From Macrostomum lignano (taxonomy: Eukaryota): a stretch of 64,000 nt of DNA. Position 1 is the stretch's first letter. The number at the start of each line of letters is the position of its first letter. Both the position numbers and the translations under genes were made by a program. Positions 21,936 through 37,920 of this stretch are shown one piece after another. Where the stretch lies: NCBI GenBank assembly GCA_002269645.1, contig NIVC01000532.1, positions 248,001 to 312,000 of the forward strand. The letters run 5' to 3'. Under the pieces are notes generated by a model. The model saw only the letters and a list, made by a program, of their open reading frames with translations. It searched no databases and had not been told where the DNA came from.

Positions 21936-24478
21936 TCAGTAGAGCTGAAACTCTTTCACAGCCTGGTTGCGCCAGTCGGCCACGTACAGCAGCCGCTGAC
22001 CGGACAGCGGATCCGATTCGAGCAGCCCGACGCCCTGCGGACCGTCGAATTGTCCTTCGCCGCCGCCCGGCTGGCCGTCAATGCCCAGCACGTGCACCGG
22101 GCTGCCATCGGCCAGGAACAGCTGCACAGTCTGGCCCCAGCTGTCGCTGACGCAAACAACGCCTCGACTATCTACGGCCAAACCCGTCGGCCGTTGTAGC
22201 TGCGGACTGTCAGCCGCGCCAGCCGTTGGGTAGGACGCGATGAGGCGTCCAGTGAGGCTGCACACTTTGTGCACGGATCGGCCGCCTTTATCGGCCACCA
22301 GCACCCGGCTGCCGCTTATCGCCAGGCCGCCCATCCACGGCCTGCCGGTGAAGAAGTTGCCGAGATCGAAGTCCGCCGACACGCTGTAGTCGGATTTGTC
22401 GATGCCGAGCAGCCGCTTCTCTTTTCCATCGAGCAGGAAGAGCTGATCGCGGCCGGAGACTACCGCTGAGGCGGCACCGAGCTTGTGCTCGAGGCTGTTG
22501 GCGTTGATCTTGTGCAATACGTTGCCGCTCAAGCTGACTACGGTGCAGCCATCTTCACCCTGCGAGATGTACAACCGCTGAGCGGAGCTGTCACAGTGCA
22601 GGTCGCTGATCGGAAGGCTCCAGTCAATCTCAGCGTCCAGCCGATGCCGCTGACCACTTGGGAGTTCGATAACTAGCAGGTGATGCGAACGCTCGTTCAG
22701 ATCGTAGGAAACAAACAGGCAGGCAGGCCCGAGAGGTCGCTGAGCCTCTGAGGCGCCCTTGGCAACCAGACGGCTGCCACCTGCTGCCGAGCAGTGAAAG
22801 CCGGCAGTGTTTGAACAGACAGCCAAGCATTCGATCTCGCCTCCAAGGTTACGCAGGGTGCGGCGCAACTCTACGGGCGGTGCGGATGCCGGTCTGTCAC
22901 CTGTGGGGCCGGTGGAGAAGTTTTTTAGACTTTTTTTAGACGAATAGTTCAGTCTTCAGTTAAATATGCTGCTGTTATGATCAACCTTCGAATATCTGTA
23001 TCTTTTAGCTAATCGGCAATAAGGCTACCGGACATTTCCCCTCGGCGGCGTTTCCCCTCCGGACATTTCCCCTCCGGACATTTCCCCTCCGGACATTTCC
23101 CCTCCGGACATTTCCCATCCAGCTATAACGAAATAACAGAGCTTTATAATATGCCAAAAAGAAGTTTTGCACGCATTTACGTCACATCCATGTAGTTATG
23201 CTGTTAGATCGCTTTTATTTTAAAAATTATGTAAGTAAAAAGTGAGAGTAGATGGTTTTATTATGTTTTATTATAGGTTTTATTATAATAAAATTATAAT
23301 ATAATATATTATTATTATTATATTATTATATTATTTTGTATATTATTATTTTTATACTATAATATTATAATATTACTTTATTATTACATTTATATATACA
23401 CTTATATACATTTATATATATACATGCAACTTATGTTCTCTTTGGACATGTCCGAAGGCACTGCTTTTTCGTTATAGATGAAGGGGAAATGTCCGGAGGG
23501 GAAACGCCGCCGAGGGGAAATGTCCGGAGGGGAATCGCCGGAGGGGAAACGCCGGAGGGGAAACGCCGGAGGGGAAATGTCCGTAAGCGCGGCAATAATG
23601 TTAATGGTGTCTGCTTTGCCGAGTGATTCGATAGAAAGCCGCTGCCTGTCCCCTCCCCAAATGCAGAGTGTCGCTAAAAGAGGAGATCCTGTAAAAGTAT
23701 TTAGGGGGCATAGCAATGTTCCTCGCATGCCATAAAATCCGTGCTGACATTACGTCCCAGCCCCAAAGTACCACAGAATCGAGCAAAGACGTACTGTCAG
23801 TGCCGATGTTTTCTTAGAAGCTGTTTGTTCCATTGATACTATCGCTTAGTTCACAATTAGTGACCCACCCGCCAACGGAGACATCTGCCTGTCCAGCAGG
23901 TATCTGGCGTTCCTGACAGCCGAGCAAATGTCCGTCAAGTTGCCCCGATCGGCCATGAAGCCGCCGCCTTCGCCGGACTCGCCAGATCCGTCGCTCGGAT
24001 TGAGAAGCTCCAGCGTCGGCTCCACCTGGGCCGCCAGCTCATACACTCGGCGGTAGTCGCCAGAACGGTCGGCGGCGCGGATGGCCTCAGCGTAGCCAAC
24101 TACATGCTTGCAGGCGGCGATTTTGCTGCTGAGCGACTCGTAGCGACCCCTGGCTGAGTCAACGATGTCAACGCGCCAGGCGTCGAGCTCGGCCTCAAGC
24201 GAGTCGAACACTACCTCCAGTTCACGCACGTCGCTGGCCATTCGCTGGCGTCGCGGCTCGAAGTCCCCCAGTCCGGCTCGAAGTGCAGCGATTCTCGCCT
24301 CGGTATCGACTCGAAGCAGGCGAACTCGTTCAACATCGGCCGCCAAGTGGCCGGAGCAGAGGCTCAGGTTTGAGCGAGGTCCCCGGCCGACGCTGGTCTC
24401 GTTGCAGAGCATGATCTCGCATTTTCCTGTCGTTGCTTCGCCCGCAGCGCTGCCGGGTCGGCTTGATGAGCTAGCCAT
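21936..24478 (-). CDS. B-box-like / coiled-coil / NHL protein B, 524 aa, 2 exons
   Basis: Exons 24478-23869 and 22900-21936 with a phase-1 GT-AG intron. NHL repeats LQRPTGLAVDSRGVVCVSDSWGQTVQLF and GQFDGPQGVG...LYVADWRNQAVKEF. Shares RAAD..G.(W/Y)R.V..L..Q with protein A. Confidence 0.85.
23023..23589. mobile_element. Foldback/MULE-type MITE in the intron of NHL gene B
   Basis: Perfect 9-bp TSD CGGCAATAA at 23014-23022 and 23590-23598. Inverted arms built from (CCGGACATTTCCCCT)-like sub-repeats around an AT-rich core. A 9-bp TSD with modular TIRs is typical of Mutator/Foldback elements. Confidence 0.8.
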
Positions 24479-24726
24479 TTTTGAAGGGGGGCCCAACTGA
24501 GTGAGCCGGGTGTTCTGGCTGGGCTTCTTGTGGCAGAGCGCATTAAACCTTGCCCGGTAATACTGATAAGATAAGCAGCTACAGTCTCTCCACCACGCTC
24601 CGTCCCCCTTTTCACTATGCTCCTTTCTGTCACTTGTTTCAGCAGAAATTTATGACACTGAACTTGAAAGCAAATGCCTACATACTTTTTAAATTAATGA
24701 AGCTGGATTTAACAGGGTAATTTATT

Positions 24727-24789
24727 GGTTTATACAGTTGGTTAAGTTTGAAGCATAGTCTTGTACCGTAGTCCCTGGGTTCGATTCCG
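24727..24789 (+). pseudogene. Degenerate tRNA-like sequence (tRNA pseudogene or SINE head)
   Basis: CAGTTGGTTA (D-loop/A-box-like), GTCTTGTA, and GGTTCGATTCC (B-box). The acceptor stem does not pair. Confidence 0.35.
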
Positions 24790-25344
24790 AATTAATTTTA
24801 GGTTCGTGCCCATGATTACACCGATAATGGCCACGCCAAACACAAGCCACAGATTATGTAAATGCCTGACAACGACCGAGAAAGTCAGAGTCGAGAAGGC
24901 AGAAAGAGCACAACTGTCTCTTTGATTTGCGGATTTTATATACTGTATTTGAGCCCCCGGCCTAGCATGTTCACCTACTGAAGCAGCATTAACAGTTTTA
25001 TTACCCTGCCAGCCCTACAATAGCGCTATCCGCTGAGCCAGAGCTACTACTAAAAAAGTAAACTGCAGTGTAAAAACAGTGCAGTGTAGCTTCATGGCTA
25101 GACTTATCGACCTTGGGTTCAGGATGAGTTAAGTTGAGTAAATTTTACCCTACAATTTTAACAAACTGAAACCTCTACTAGTGACAAACTCTGCTTCAAT
25201 TTCGGTAATCAATAGCAGGGCATGACGAAAATAGCTCGTACTATCAATTTTGACGAACCAGCCAGACAGTCAATTTTAACTCTGAACGGCGATGCAGCAT
25301 TGTTACGAGTATCGAAAACGTCACAATGACGCTTAAGACTACGA

Positions 25345-25450
25345 ACTTCCAGGTATGATCGAGATCAACCGACTGGCAGTCTACGGCCCATTCTTGACAC
25401 CTATAGATAACGCTATCTCTTGCTGGAAGGCAGCTCTGAAGCTTGGATCC
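25345..25450 (+). mobile_element. Tc1/IS630 DDE transposase remnant (third acidic-residue motif region)
   Basis: ELPGMIEINRLAVYGPFLTPIDNAISCWKAALK resembles the LPxYSPFLNPIExxxSxWK motif. The flanks are degenerate. Confidence 0.5.
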
Positions 25451-26619
25451 AAGTTTGACTTCATCCAGCCCATGTTGTATTACAATTCAACTTATATTGG
25501 AACTAGTCTTAAATTCAAATTCTATTAATTGGTGTTTCAAGAACAGCTTTAAACGAAGAAATGGGACGAATGCATTATGCGTTAACTTTGAACCAACATC
25601 CAGCAGACATTGAGCTCCTTCTGTTTGACTTACGGTCCGTTCAAATTTAATTTAGACTGTCTGATGTAGAAGTGGTAATAGATTGTCGCTATTGAGCGAA
25701 GTTTTTCACCATAAGAAAAGTACAATTCAAACTTAAAGGTACAACCAAAGATTAATGAAGCCGCGAAGTGTAGAGTGCCAATCTGGGGAAAAACTTGAAG
25801 CAGGTTTTCGAATTTCGTCCACTCGTATCAACCAAGGTCACCAGCTTATACGAGTCCTCAGCCGTTTGCGGCCTAATAAAGTACTTCTCCCCCTGTATCT
25901 GTTGCAAATAGTCTATAGTCAAAGGCTTCTAGGTTGTAATCTGAGTTCCGGCCTGTTGTACACAGAGTAGGCGTATAATAATTACAAAGTCGCTATTCAA
26001 AAGGCGCAAATCGAGCCGAAGGCTACGCGACTCTACGAGTGCATCCGCATACCAGAAAAGATCCCGGTTTGTACAAATCGGAAGTACAGAGTCTAAATTC
26101 CTTTTCGGTGGGTTTCGGTTTCGGTTTAGAATTGGAACATTTTTGTTTTAGAACTAATTTCAGCCAGAGTCCATGGCAGCAGCGATAGCAGCCACTATTT
26201 TTCCATTGACGGGGCCCGCAGCTTTTCCGTCCATGGAGGTCAGATGCTTCATAGGGGCTAAAAGTACAAATGCCATCATTTTGAAAAAAAAACTATCGAA
26301 TGAAATGAATTGGCATTGCCCCATTGTTCCACTTTAGCATTCCTCTCAGGCTTAAGTTGCGATAAATTTATCAGAAATTCTATACGCTCGTAAAAAGTTT
26401 AAAAAATGTTGGAGAGCGCGACAATGCTTGAAGTGCAGTTGCATTTTCAGCATAAAACAAATCTAACGAATTCCGAGACATTATTTTCATTCTCCGGGAT
26501 TTCATCTGGTAATATTCTGTAGTATAGCGGAAAATCGTGATCTCGATGTTTTATGAGATGAAAAATACCTTTATCGGGATATATAACTTCGGCCCTCGGG
26601 ATTTATTTCCACTTGGTCC

Positions 26620-26942
26620 CGGCCTTAGACTACAGTATCTAGATAACTATTTATTCCCCACTTGGTCCCGGCCATAGACTACAGAAATGTATTTATTCCC
26701 CACTTGGTCCCGGCCATAGACTACAGAAATGTATTTATTCCCCACTTTGTCCCGGCCATAGACTACAGAAATGTATTTATTCCCCACTTGGTCCCGGCCA
26801 TAGACTACAGAAATGTATTTATTCCCCACTTGGTCCCGGCCATAGACTACAGAAATGTATTTATTCCCCACTTGGTCCCGGCCATAGACTACAGAAATGT
26901 ATTTATTCCCCACTTGGTCCCGGCCATAGACTACAGAAATGT
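26620..26942 (+). repeat. 42-bp minisatellite (TTATTCCCCACTTGGTCCCGGCCATAGACTACAGAAATGTAT), about 7.5 copies
   Basis: Direct tandem periodicity with no unique spacers. Confidence 0.95.
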
Positions 26943-27573
26943 TTTTGGCTCGTATTGGGAGTTTTATTGCAAAAGGCCAAATACATGTAAATGCGTACGA
27001 TTAAGATTAAGAGATTAAGATACGGTTAAGAATGAATCTCTAATTTTTAAAAAGCTATAAAAAAGTCAATGCAGAAGTGAGACAGGCATGCTATACAAAC
27101 AGATAAACTTACATTCGATCTGACTAAAACAAAAACTATGGCTACTTTTGTGTGAAAAATTCAATTTTCCTCTACCCGCAGTGTGCTTTTTTTCCAGAAA
27201 AAAATCTACCCCTCCCTCAAATGTCCTACTAAGTTGTCCTTGATTGTATCAATGAAAACTTTCGCTTTTACTATTCATTGTTACGAGCTAAAATCCCCTT
27301 CGTATGTTACCCGACTGGGACAATAGTAAAACGTTGTGCCTACTACAGCCTATTCTCACTGGACAGCGGCAAATGGTCAGTTGAAATCTCTTGCCCCTAT
27401 ATGAGATCATCATCAGCACCCACCGGGTTGCCAATCGTGAGTACGGATGAATGGCTAATGAGAATCTCCTCATTTTTTTAAAATTAGATAGAAGATCACT
27501 GGTGATACTTCGCGGCAGAATTGCTCTCTACGTAACCGTAGTTTATCAGGGAGCAGAGTAGCTGTAGTATTCC

Positions 27574-28638
27574 ATGGTGAAAATAGCGCAATTGCGCAAG
27601 GGGCTGCTCAGGTGCAGCTTGTGCTTACTTGTTAGCCTAACAATTTTCTACTGTTTATTCGAACGCAATTCCGTGCATTCGGTCAACATCGAAGCGCCGA
27701 CCCTCCCAGATGAGGAGGTTGCATCCGCACTGAACCGCCTGCGCAGCGGTGGCGTCCCCTGCAGCCAAGTCCAGAACATGTTCTTTGACCGCATACCGCC
27801 TGTGATCCACTGGACCAACAGGGACGACCAAGTGCTGGCCAAGCATTGCAACCTGGTTTTGTCCTGGCCGGCTCATCTGGCCGAATCAGCCGCCTACATG
27901 CTGTGGGACGATGCCAAAATTGAGCATCTATTGATGCGTCACTATCCCGAACTCTGGAAGCGCTACAAGCACCTAGCCGCAGGCATATTGCGCTCCGATC
28001 TGGGCCGACTGGCTATCGTTCACCATGTCGGCGGGGTCTACACGGACTTGGACGTGAAGTTGCTGCGCGATTTCTTGCCGTTATTGAAAAACCACTCGTC
28101 CCTCTGGTCGCAGGAGCCGTGGGAGCACGCGAACTATTTGTACGGCCGGAGAGAGATGCTGAGCAATGCGCTTTTTATGAGCCGAGCGAAGGACCCATAT
28201 TTAGAGTACGTGTTGCGCGCCTGGCCCGACTGGTTCGACCGCACTTGGCTTCGCAAACCGGGGAACCACTTGGCCAACTCGTTGTCAGCCGTGGCAATGA
28301 CCGGGCCGGTCATGCTGAACCACTTCATGGACGAATACAGGCGGATTCACGGCAACAGCACACCGACATTGGCCAAGCCGGATGCGTTCCAGCCCTGGTG
28401 GGACGCAACCTCGATACCGCTCTTTCTTAGAAAAGACTGCGTCTTTACAGCTGTCATGAAACCGAAAGAGCGGCAGCGTTGCTTGGAGACGCGCGGCGAC
28501 AAGTTCGTTGCACGAAGCATTCCGGCCGACTCTTATGCTATTCACCTTTACTTGCACACCGGCTACGGAGCTCCCTTGAACTATTCCGGAGCTAAAAAAT
28601 TCAAATTGCTGCTAAATGCGAGTTCTTGCATAGTGTAG
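27574..28638 (+). CDS. Glycosyltransferase with DXD sugar-binding motif (GT32 / OCH1-SUR1-like), type II membrane protein, 354 aa, intronless
   Basis: N-terminal TM (LLRCSLCLLVSLTIFYCLF), IPPVIHWT, YMLWDD, and RSDLGRLAIVHHVGGVYTDLDV (RSD.R...GG.Y.DxD signature), followed by EP...SNALFMSR. Confidence 0.9.
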   Translation: MVKIAQLRKGLLRCSLCLLVSLTIFYCLFERNSVHSVNIEAPTLPDEEVASALNRLRSGGVPCSQVQNMFFDRIPPVIHWTNRDDQVLAKHCNLVLSWPAHLAESAAYMLWDDAKIEHLLMRHYPELWKRYKHLAAGILRSDLGRLAIVHHVGGVYTDLDVKLLRDFLPLLKNHSSLWSQEPWEHANYLYGRREMLSNALFMSRAKDPYLEYVLRAWPDWFDRTWLRKPGNHLANSLSAVAMTGPVMLNHFMDEYRRIHGNSTPTLAKPDAFQPWWDATSIPLFLRKDCVFTAVMKPKERQRCLETRGDKFVARSIPADSYAIHLYLHTGYGAPLNYSGAKKFKLLLNASSCIV

Positions 28639-29976
28639 GCTTGCATTAATTTATTATCCGGGCATAAATTCATATTTTAATGCGAATTAGTTTCGTCTAT
28701 ACGCTCGTATTGTTTAATCAATTTAATCATGTCTACAATCTTCTACAACAGTACAAAATTAATCAATTTACTCGCGCGACCCTGGATATCCAGGTCCCTT
28801 CCCCTATGACTCATCGGATGACTCATACCTTACGCCAAACCCACTCCTTTTCATCCACCACAATCTGCGTGCTATTGTTCGAAGTCACTAAAGCAATTAT
28901 CTGTCGAAATCACTGATTCCCGATCAGGTGACTTCCCATTTCGCTCACCCGCCTAAGTCGCACAACCCATTTCATTAGCCAATCACAGCACAGCTAGACA
29001 AGTGACGTCAATCTGCTGCTAGTTAATGCAGGTCAAGGATAGTTCAAAGGCGTTCTGTTCTGATCATGCATCACGCACGTGATGCGCGATCCCGAATCTA
29101 TATACGAGCTGCTTTCCCCAATTTTTTTTCACAAATTGGCTCAGCACCTGGTTCGTCTTAAATACCCGATCAGGCAAAGCATCCCCCAAAGCTACCTCTC
29201 TTCCCCTGTAATTAATTTTTAAAATCGACTTTATATTGATTTAAGGATCACCACTAATCTTTCCCTCATCTGGTTTGCTTACTCCTTTCATGGATCCCAC
29301 GTCCCAACAAAGAAAAAGTCCCAGGTCCCAATTTTCAACAATTCGAGCGCTAGCAGCATCGCCAGAGTATTGAACTGTCCGGATCGATCGCATCCACCGG
29401 TGCCGAGCGATTCATCTACCTGCCGTGCTGACTTAAGGTATTTCATTTTTATACATTACTGCAGTGCTTATACAGCAATCCGACGTCGGCAACGTGGGCC
29501 GACGTTTCCGACGTTTATCGACATCACTGGCAAATTTATACTCGCGGTCGTCCCTGTTGGTACTTTTACATTACACCGATGCTTAGCGACGTCCGATTAC
29601 GTCGGGTATGTTGGCGGATGTCGCAATGTTGCACGGGTTGTGAGTGTTTTTATTCATTCAAGGTTGTCCAATGCTCGAATGCATCGTCAATAAATATTAA
29701 ATAAACAGTTGTTTTTTAATCAAACCATAGACCCATTTCTCAAATTGCTTTTAACTCAAATCTTAATGATTTCCAGCTATATTCTGAGCGAGTAAAGTGT
29801 GTTTGTTTCCACAACTGTGGAGGAAAATTAGAGGTTCAGATAATGTAATAAAAATACATCAAATATCAATCTGTATGCCAAATTAACGTACATAGCCAGT
29901 CCCAAGGATGACTTAAGTAGAAGGACGGGAAACCTTGTTACTTAGAAAATTTTTGGCAAGTTTTCCCGAAAAAATA

Positions 29977-30221
29977 CGCTACGGAGATAGGAAGTTTTCA
30001 TTTTTTCAGCACAAAAATTGCTATTGCTTTTGATAGGAGGCAGATCCAGTGTTCATCTTTTGATTTGTTGTGCTGTAAACCGAGCACAACAAATATGAAT
30101 ATCGATAGAGCAATAAGAAGAAAGGCACAACATATCAAAAGATGAACACTGAATCTGCCTCCTATCAAAAGCAATAGCAATTTTTGTGCTGAAAAAATGA
30201 AAACTTCCTATCTCCGTAGTG
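29977..30221. mobile_element. 245-bp MITE with about 96-bp TIRs and TA target duplication
   Basis: 29977-30072 is the reverse complement of 30125-30221 with 3 mismatches. TA at 29975-29976 and 30222-30223. Termini C(G/A)CTACGG. Confidence 0.85.
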
Positions 30222-32753
30222 TATGCATTTGACTACTGTACTACCTACTGCTATTCAATTAACAATTAAATCCTCCATCGACTAGCTTCTATTGAGACGA
30301 AATTACCGGTGCTGAACGACCGATAGTGAAAAAAACAAAAGATCCAAAAAATATCACTGGAAGTATTATTACTTGTTCTTGCTTTCGATATCTCTTTTTA
30401 ATTTTTCTGAAAAAAACATTGAGAGGCATTTTTTAAAGCTGCGATAGACAAAAAAAAAACATTTTTATGATTCCGCGCTTTAGATATTCATTGAAAACAA
30501 ACGCCTCAGGTATTAGTTGCACTTAGATATGACTTTTAAAAGAGGTATCAGCGATGTTGTTGTGATGTAGACTTGCTGTACCCTTCCACTTCGTTTTCCG
30601 TATGCAAAATTTATCGAATGTTTCATACATTCTGGATGGAGAGCTGCTTGGTAGATTAAAAAAAATTGTGAAAGCAGTTGTTTTTAACAGCCCTAAAAAG
30701 TTATCTGATTCCAGATGTGCACAAAAGATATTTTTCAATTATTAACGTTACTTTTTAGACACTAATCTGCGCATAAATTTATTTTAAGTTTTATACTTTA
30801 TAGAGCCTTTTAGATGAATAATCAGTTTTTTTGTCATGCACATATTTTGTATTGTTTGTATAGAGAAGTATTAACAATGTTTTAGGCTTTGATGAAAAAA
30901 TAATGACAATCAAATATTTCTCTTTTTGTTTGTTGATCATGTGCTATTATTTATTTCTAAGGTGTACCTTAGATTTTTGTCTGGAATCCTAATACTAATT
31001 TTTTAATAAAGGAACTAACAAGTTTTAAATTTAAAGTATATTCAAATTCATGCATTTGTTCTATTCCTAACGAGAATTTGTTCTTGTTGTTTCAGTTTAT
31101 TTTTATAATGTGTGTAATAATTCTTAGATTTATACTGCAATAAATCAGCAATGCATAGAATTATTATTTTGTATTTAGAATTTTTTGTTAATTGCATGTT
31201 GGTCTACAGAAACTAATAGAAATTAAATATATTTCATTAGGCCTTAGGCCTTAGGATTATAGCACTCTTGTGTACAATGACAATGTTTACTTAAGAATAC
31301 TTTAAAGTAGTTCTTTTATCAACCCTGAAATGCAAATTTAAAGTCTATACTACTATGTCTATAAAACTGTCAGAACATATCCTTCTCAATTATGGCTATA
31401 TGTCTCTATTTTGTCAGATCTCACTTATGTGTCTTTTGGGATATTTTAGCGAAAATTCAATGATTTCAATAATAGGGCTAGTTGTGGGATAGTTTTCATC
31501 TTCATTTTATTTCACCCCTCATCGAATCTACATTTGCACTATCTAAAAGGACAATCTATATCTATAAAACACCCTTCGAATTCGCTTGTCTCGCCCTCGC
31601 CATCTACGCTTCAGAAAAGATACTCGTAGAATTCTGCTTTGGGTGGGGTGGAAAAGCTCGTATTCGTTTTTCCCACTCCCAACCCCCCCCATTTCGTCTC
31701 CTTCCCTTTTCCGCCCTCTCCTCCGCTGCCGAAGCTTGACGCGATTCTCAGTTTGACTGCAGCAGCAGCAGCAGGGGCAGGCATTGCGGGGGTGGTCAGC
31801 CAGACAGCCAGCAGCAGCAATCTCTGAGCTAAACACACGGCTTCGTTGCTAAGACTGACTGATCGACCGGGCTGGGGGGGGGGGGGGGTTGGCGCCGTCA
31901 GTGCCTCCTTCTCCTCCCTTCCTTCTCTCTCTCTCCCTCGCCTTTAGTCCCTGACTCCCTGCCTTGTGACGGCTGCATTGAGGACTACCGCGGATCGGTC
32001 AGAGGGAGCTGCATGAGTGAGTAGAGGCGCTGCAGCCACTTGAGTATCAACACTCTCTGCCTTCCTCCTCTCCTCTGTCCTCTCTCCCCTACCCAAGGAA
32101 CTTTCAGAATGAAAATAGGCTTTAGGGTGTGGGGAAGAGAGAGAGCGCTGAATAGGGCTACAGCCGTGCACCGTGCATCCCATTTCAATAATCTCTCTCC
32201 CAAGGGAAGGGAAGGCAGAGGGAAGCTAACAAATGAAGCCTGTATTGCCGCCGCCAACCCCAGCTTGGCGTATCGATCCGGATTATTTCTCTATCCCTCC
32301 TCCCAGAGAGCCTCCCTAGAATACGGTGCGCGGCAGCAGCGAGGGAGGAGCATGGGAGGAAGGGAACAGGGGGGAATACGACCTACTAGGGGAGGAAATT
32401 CGCAGTGTACACTCTTAGCCAATATTTTAGTTGTCTTATATGCCTAGCCCTGTGTATATATATAAGCGCCAGTCCTGGCCGCACTCAGCAGTAAACTATT
32501 TGGATTTTTAGCTTAGCGGCATCATAGAAATCAGATTTTCAAATTGTTTTAACTAAACTTAAACAAACAATAAATGCAGTTCAGTATGCCGAGTACTATG
32601 AAAAATTTCTACTGCAAAAGTTAAACTCAATTTCGATAAACCTGCTTCTTAATTTTGTGTTTGATTTGTTAACCACTCTATTGATAAATTACAGCGCTAA
32701 TTAGCACATCGAAATTTATTTAGCAGAATAACAAAAGTACATTTATTATAAAA

Positions 32754-37444
<4,691 letters not shown>

Positions 37445-37599
37445 GCTGCTGGCGGCTTCTCAATAATGAGGACATTCTGCCCGCCTGTCTGTCAAGTGAC
37501 CGCTTCTGTCTCCGTTGTGACCCCTAGAGCTTAGCTACTAGGCATAAGGCTAGGTAAAATGGTTAATTGAGTGTGAAATTATTACGCAATTAGGCAATA

Positions 37600-37920
37600 A
37601 TCATGCGATACGACTTTATTTAGGTAATTAGACTGTAATTAGGTAATTAGGTAATTAGACTTTAATTAGGCAATATGACTACAATTGGGTTATTAGACTA
37701 TAATTAGGTAATAGATAATAATTAGGTACTTGGACTATAATTAGGTAATTGGACTATAATCAGGCAATTAGATTATAATTAGGTAATTAGACTATAATTA
37801 GGTAATTAGCCAATGATTAGGCAATTTTATCATAATTCCGTGTAAGTATAACTACTATGAAATAATCATGTTATTAGCCAATGATTAGGCGATTAGGCAA
37901 TAATTAGGCAATTAGTATTT
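37600..37920 (+). repeat. Degenerate about 19-bp AT-rich repeat (AATTAGGTAATTAGACTAT) downstream of the G-alpha-o stop
   Basis: Loose tandem periodicity. Confidence 0.75.

Noticed and set aside
26620-26942. CRISPR-like appearance of the 42-bp and 41-bp (62935-63540) arrays
   Set aside because: Units are contiguous with no unique spacers, there are no cas genes, and the context is eukaryotic.
12259-26942. A giant 14.7-kb element bounded by inverted GTCTATGGCC motifs
   Set aside because: Only 10 bp of inverted identity and no TSD; the enclosed genes look like host genes.
28781-29085. Two short palindromes (CCTGGATATCCAGG at 28781; GCATCACG-CA-CGTGATGC at 29068)
   Set aside because: Real but short, with no associated TSD, gene start or repetition to assign a function.
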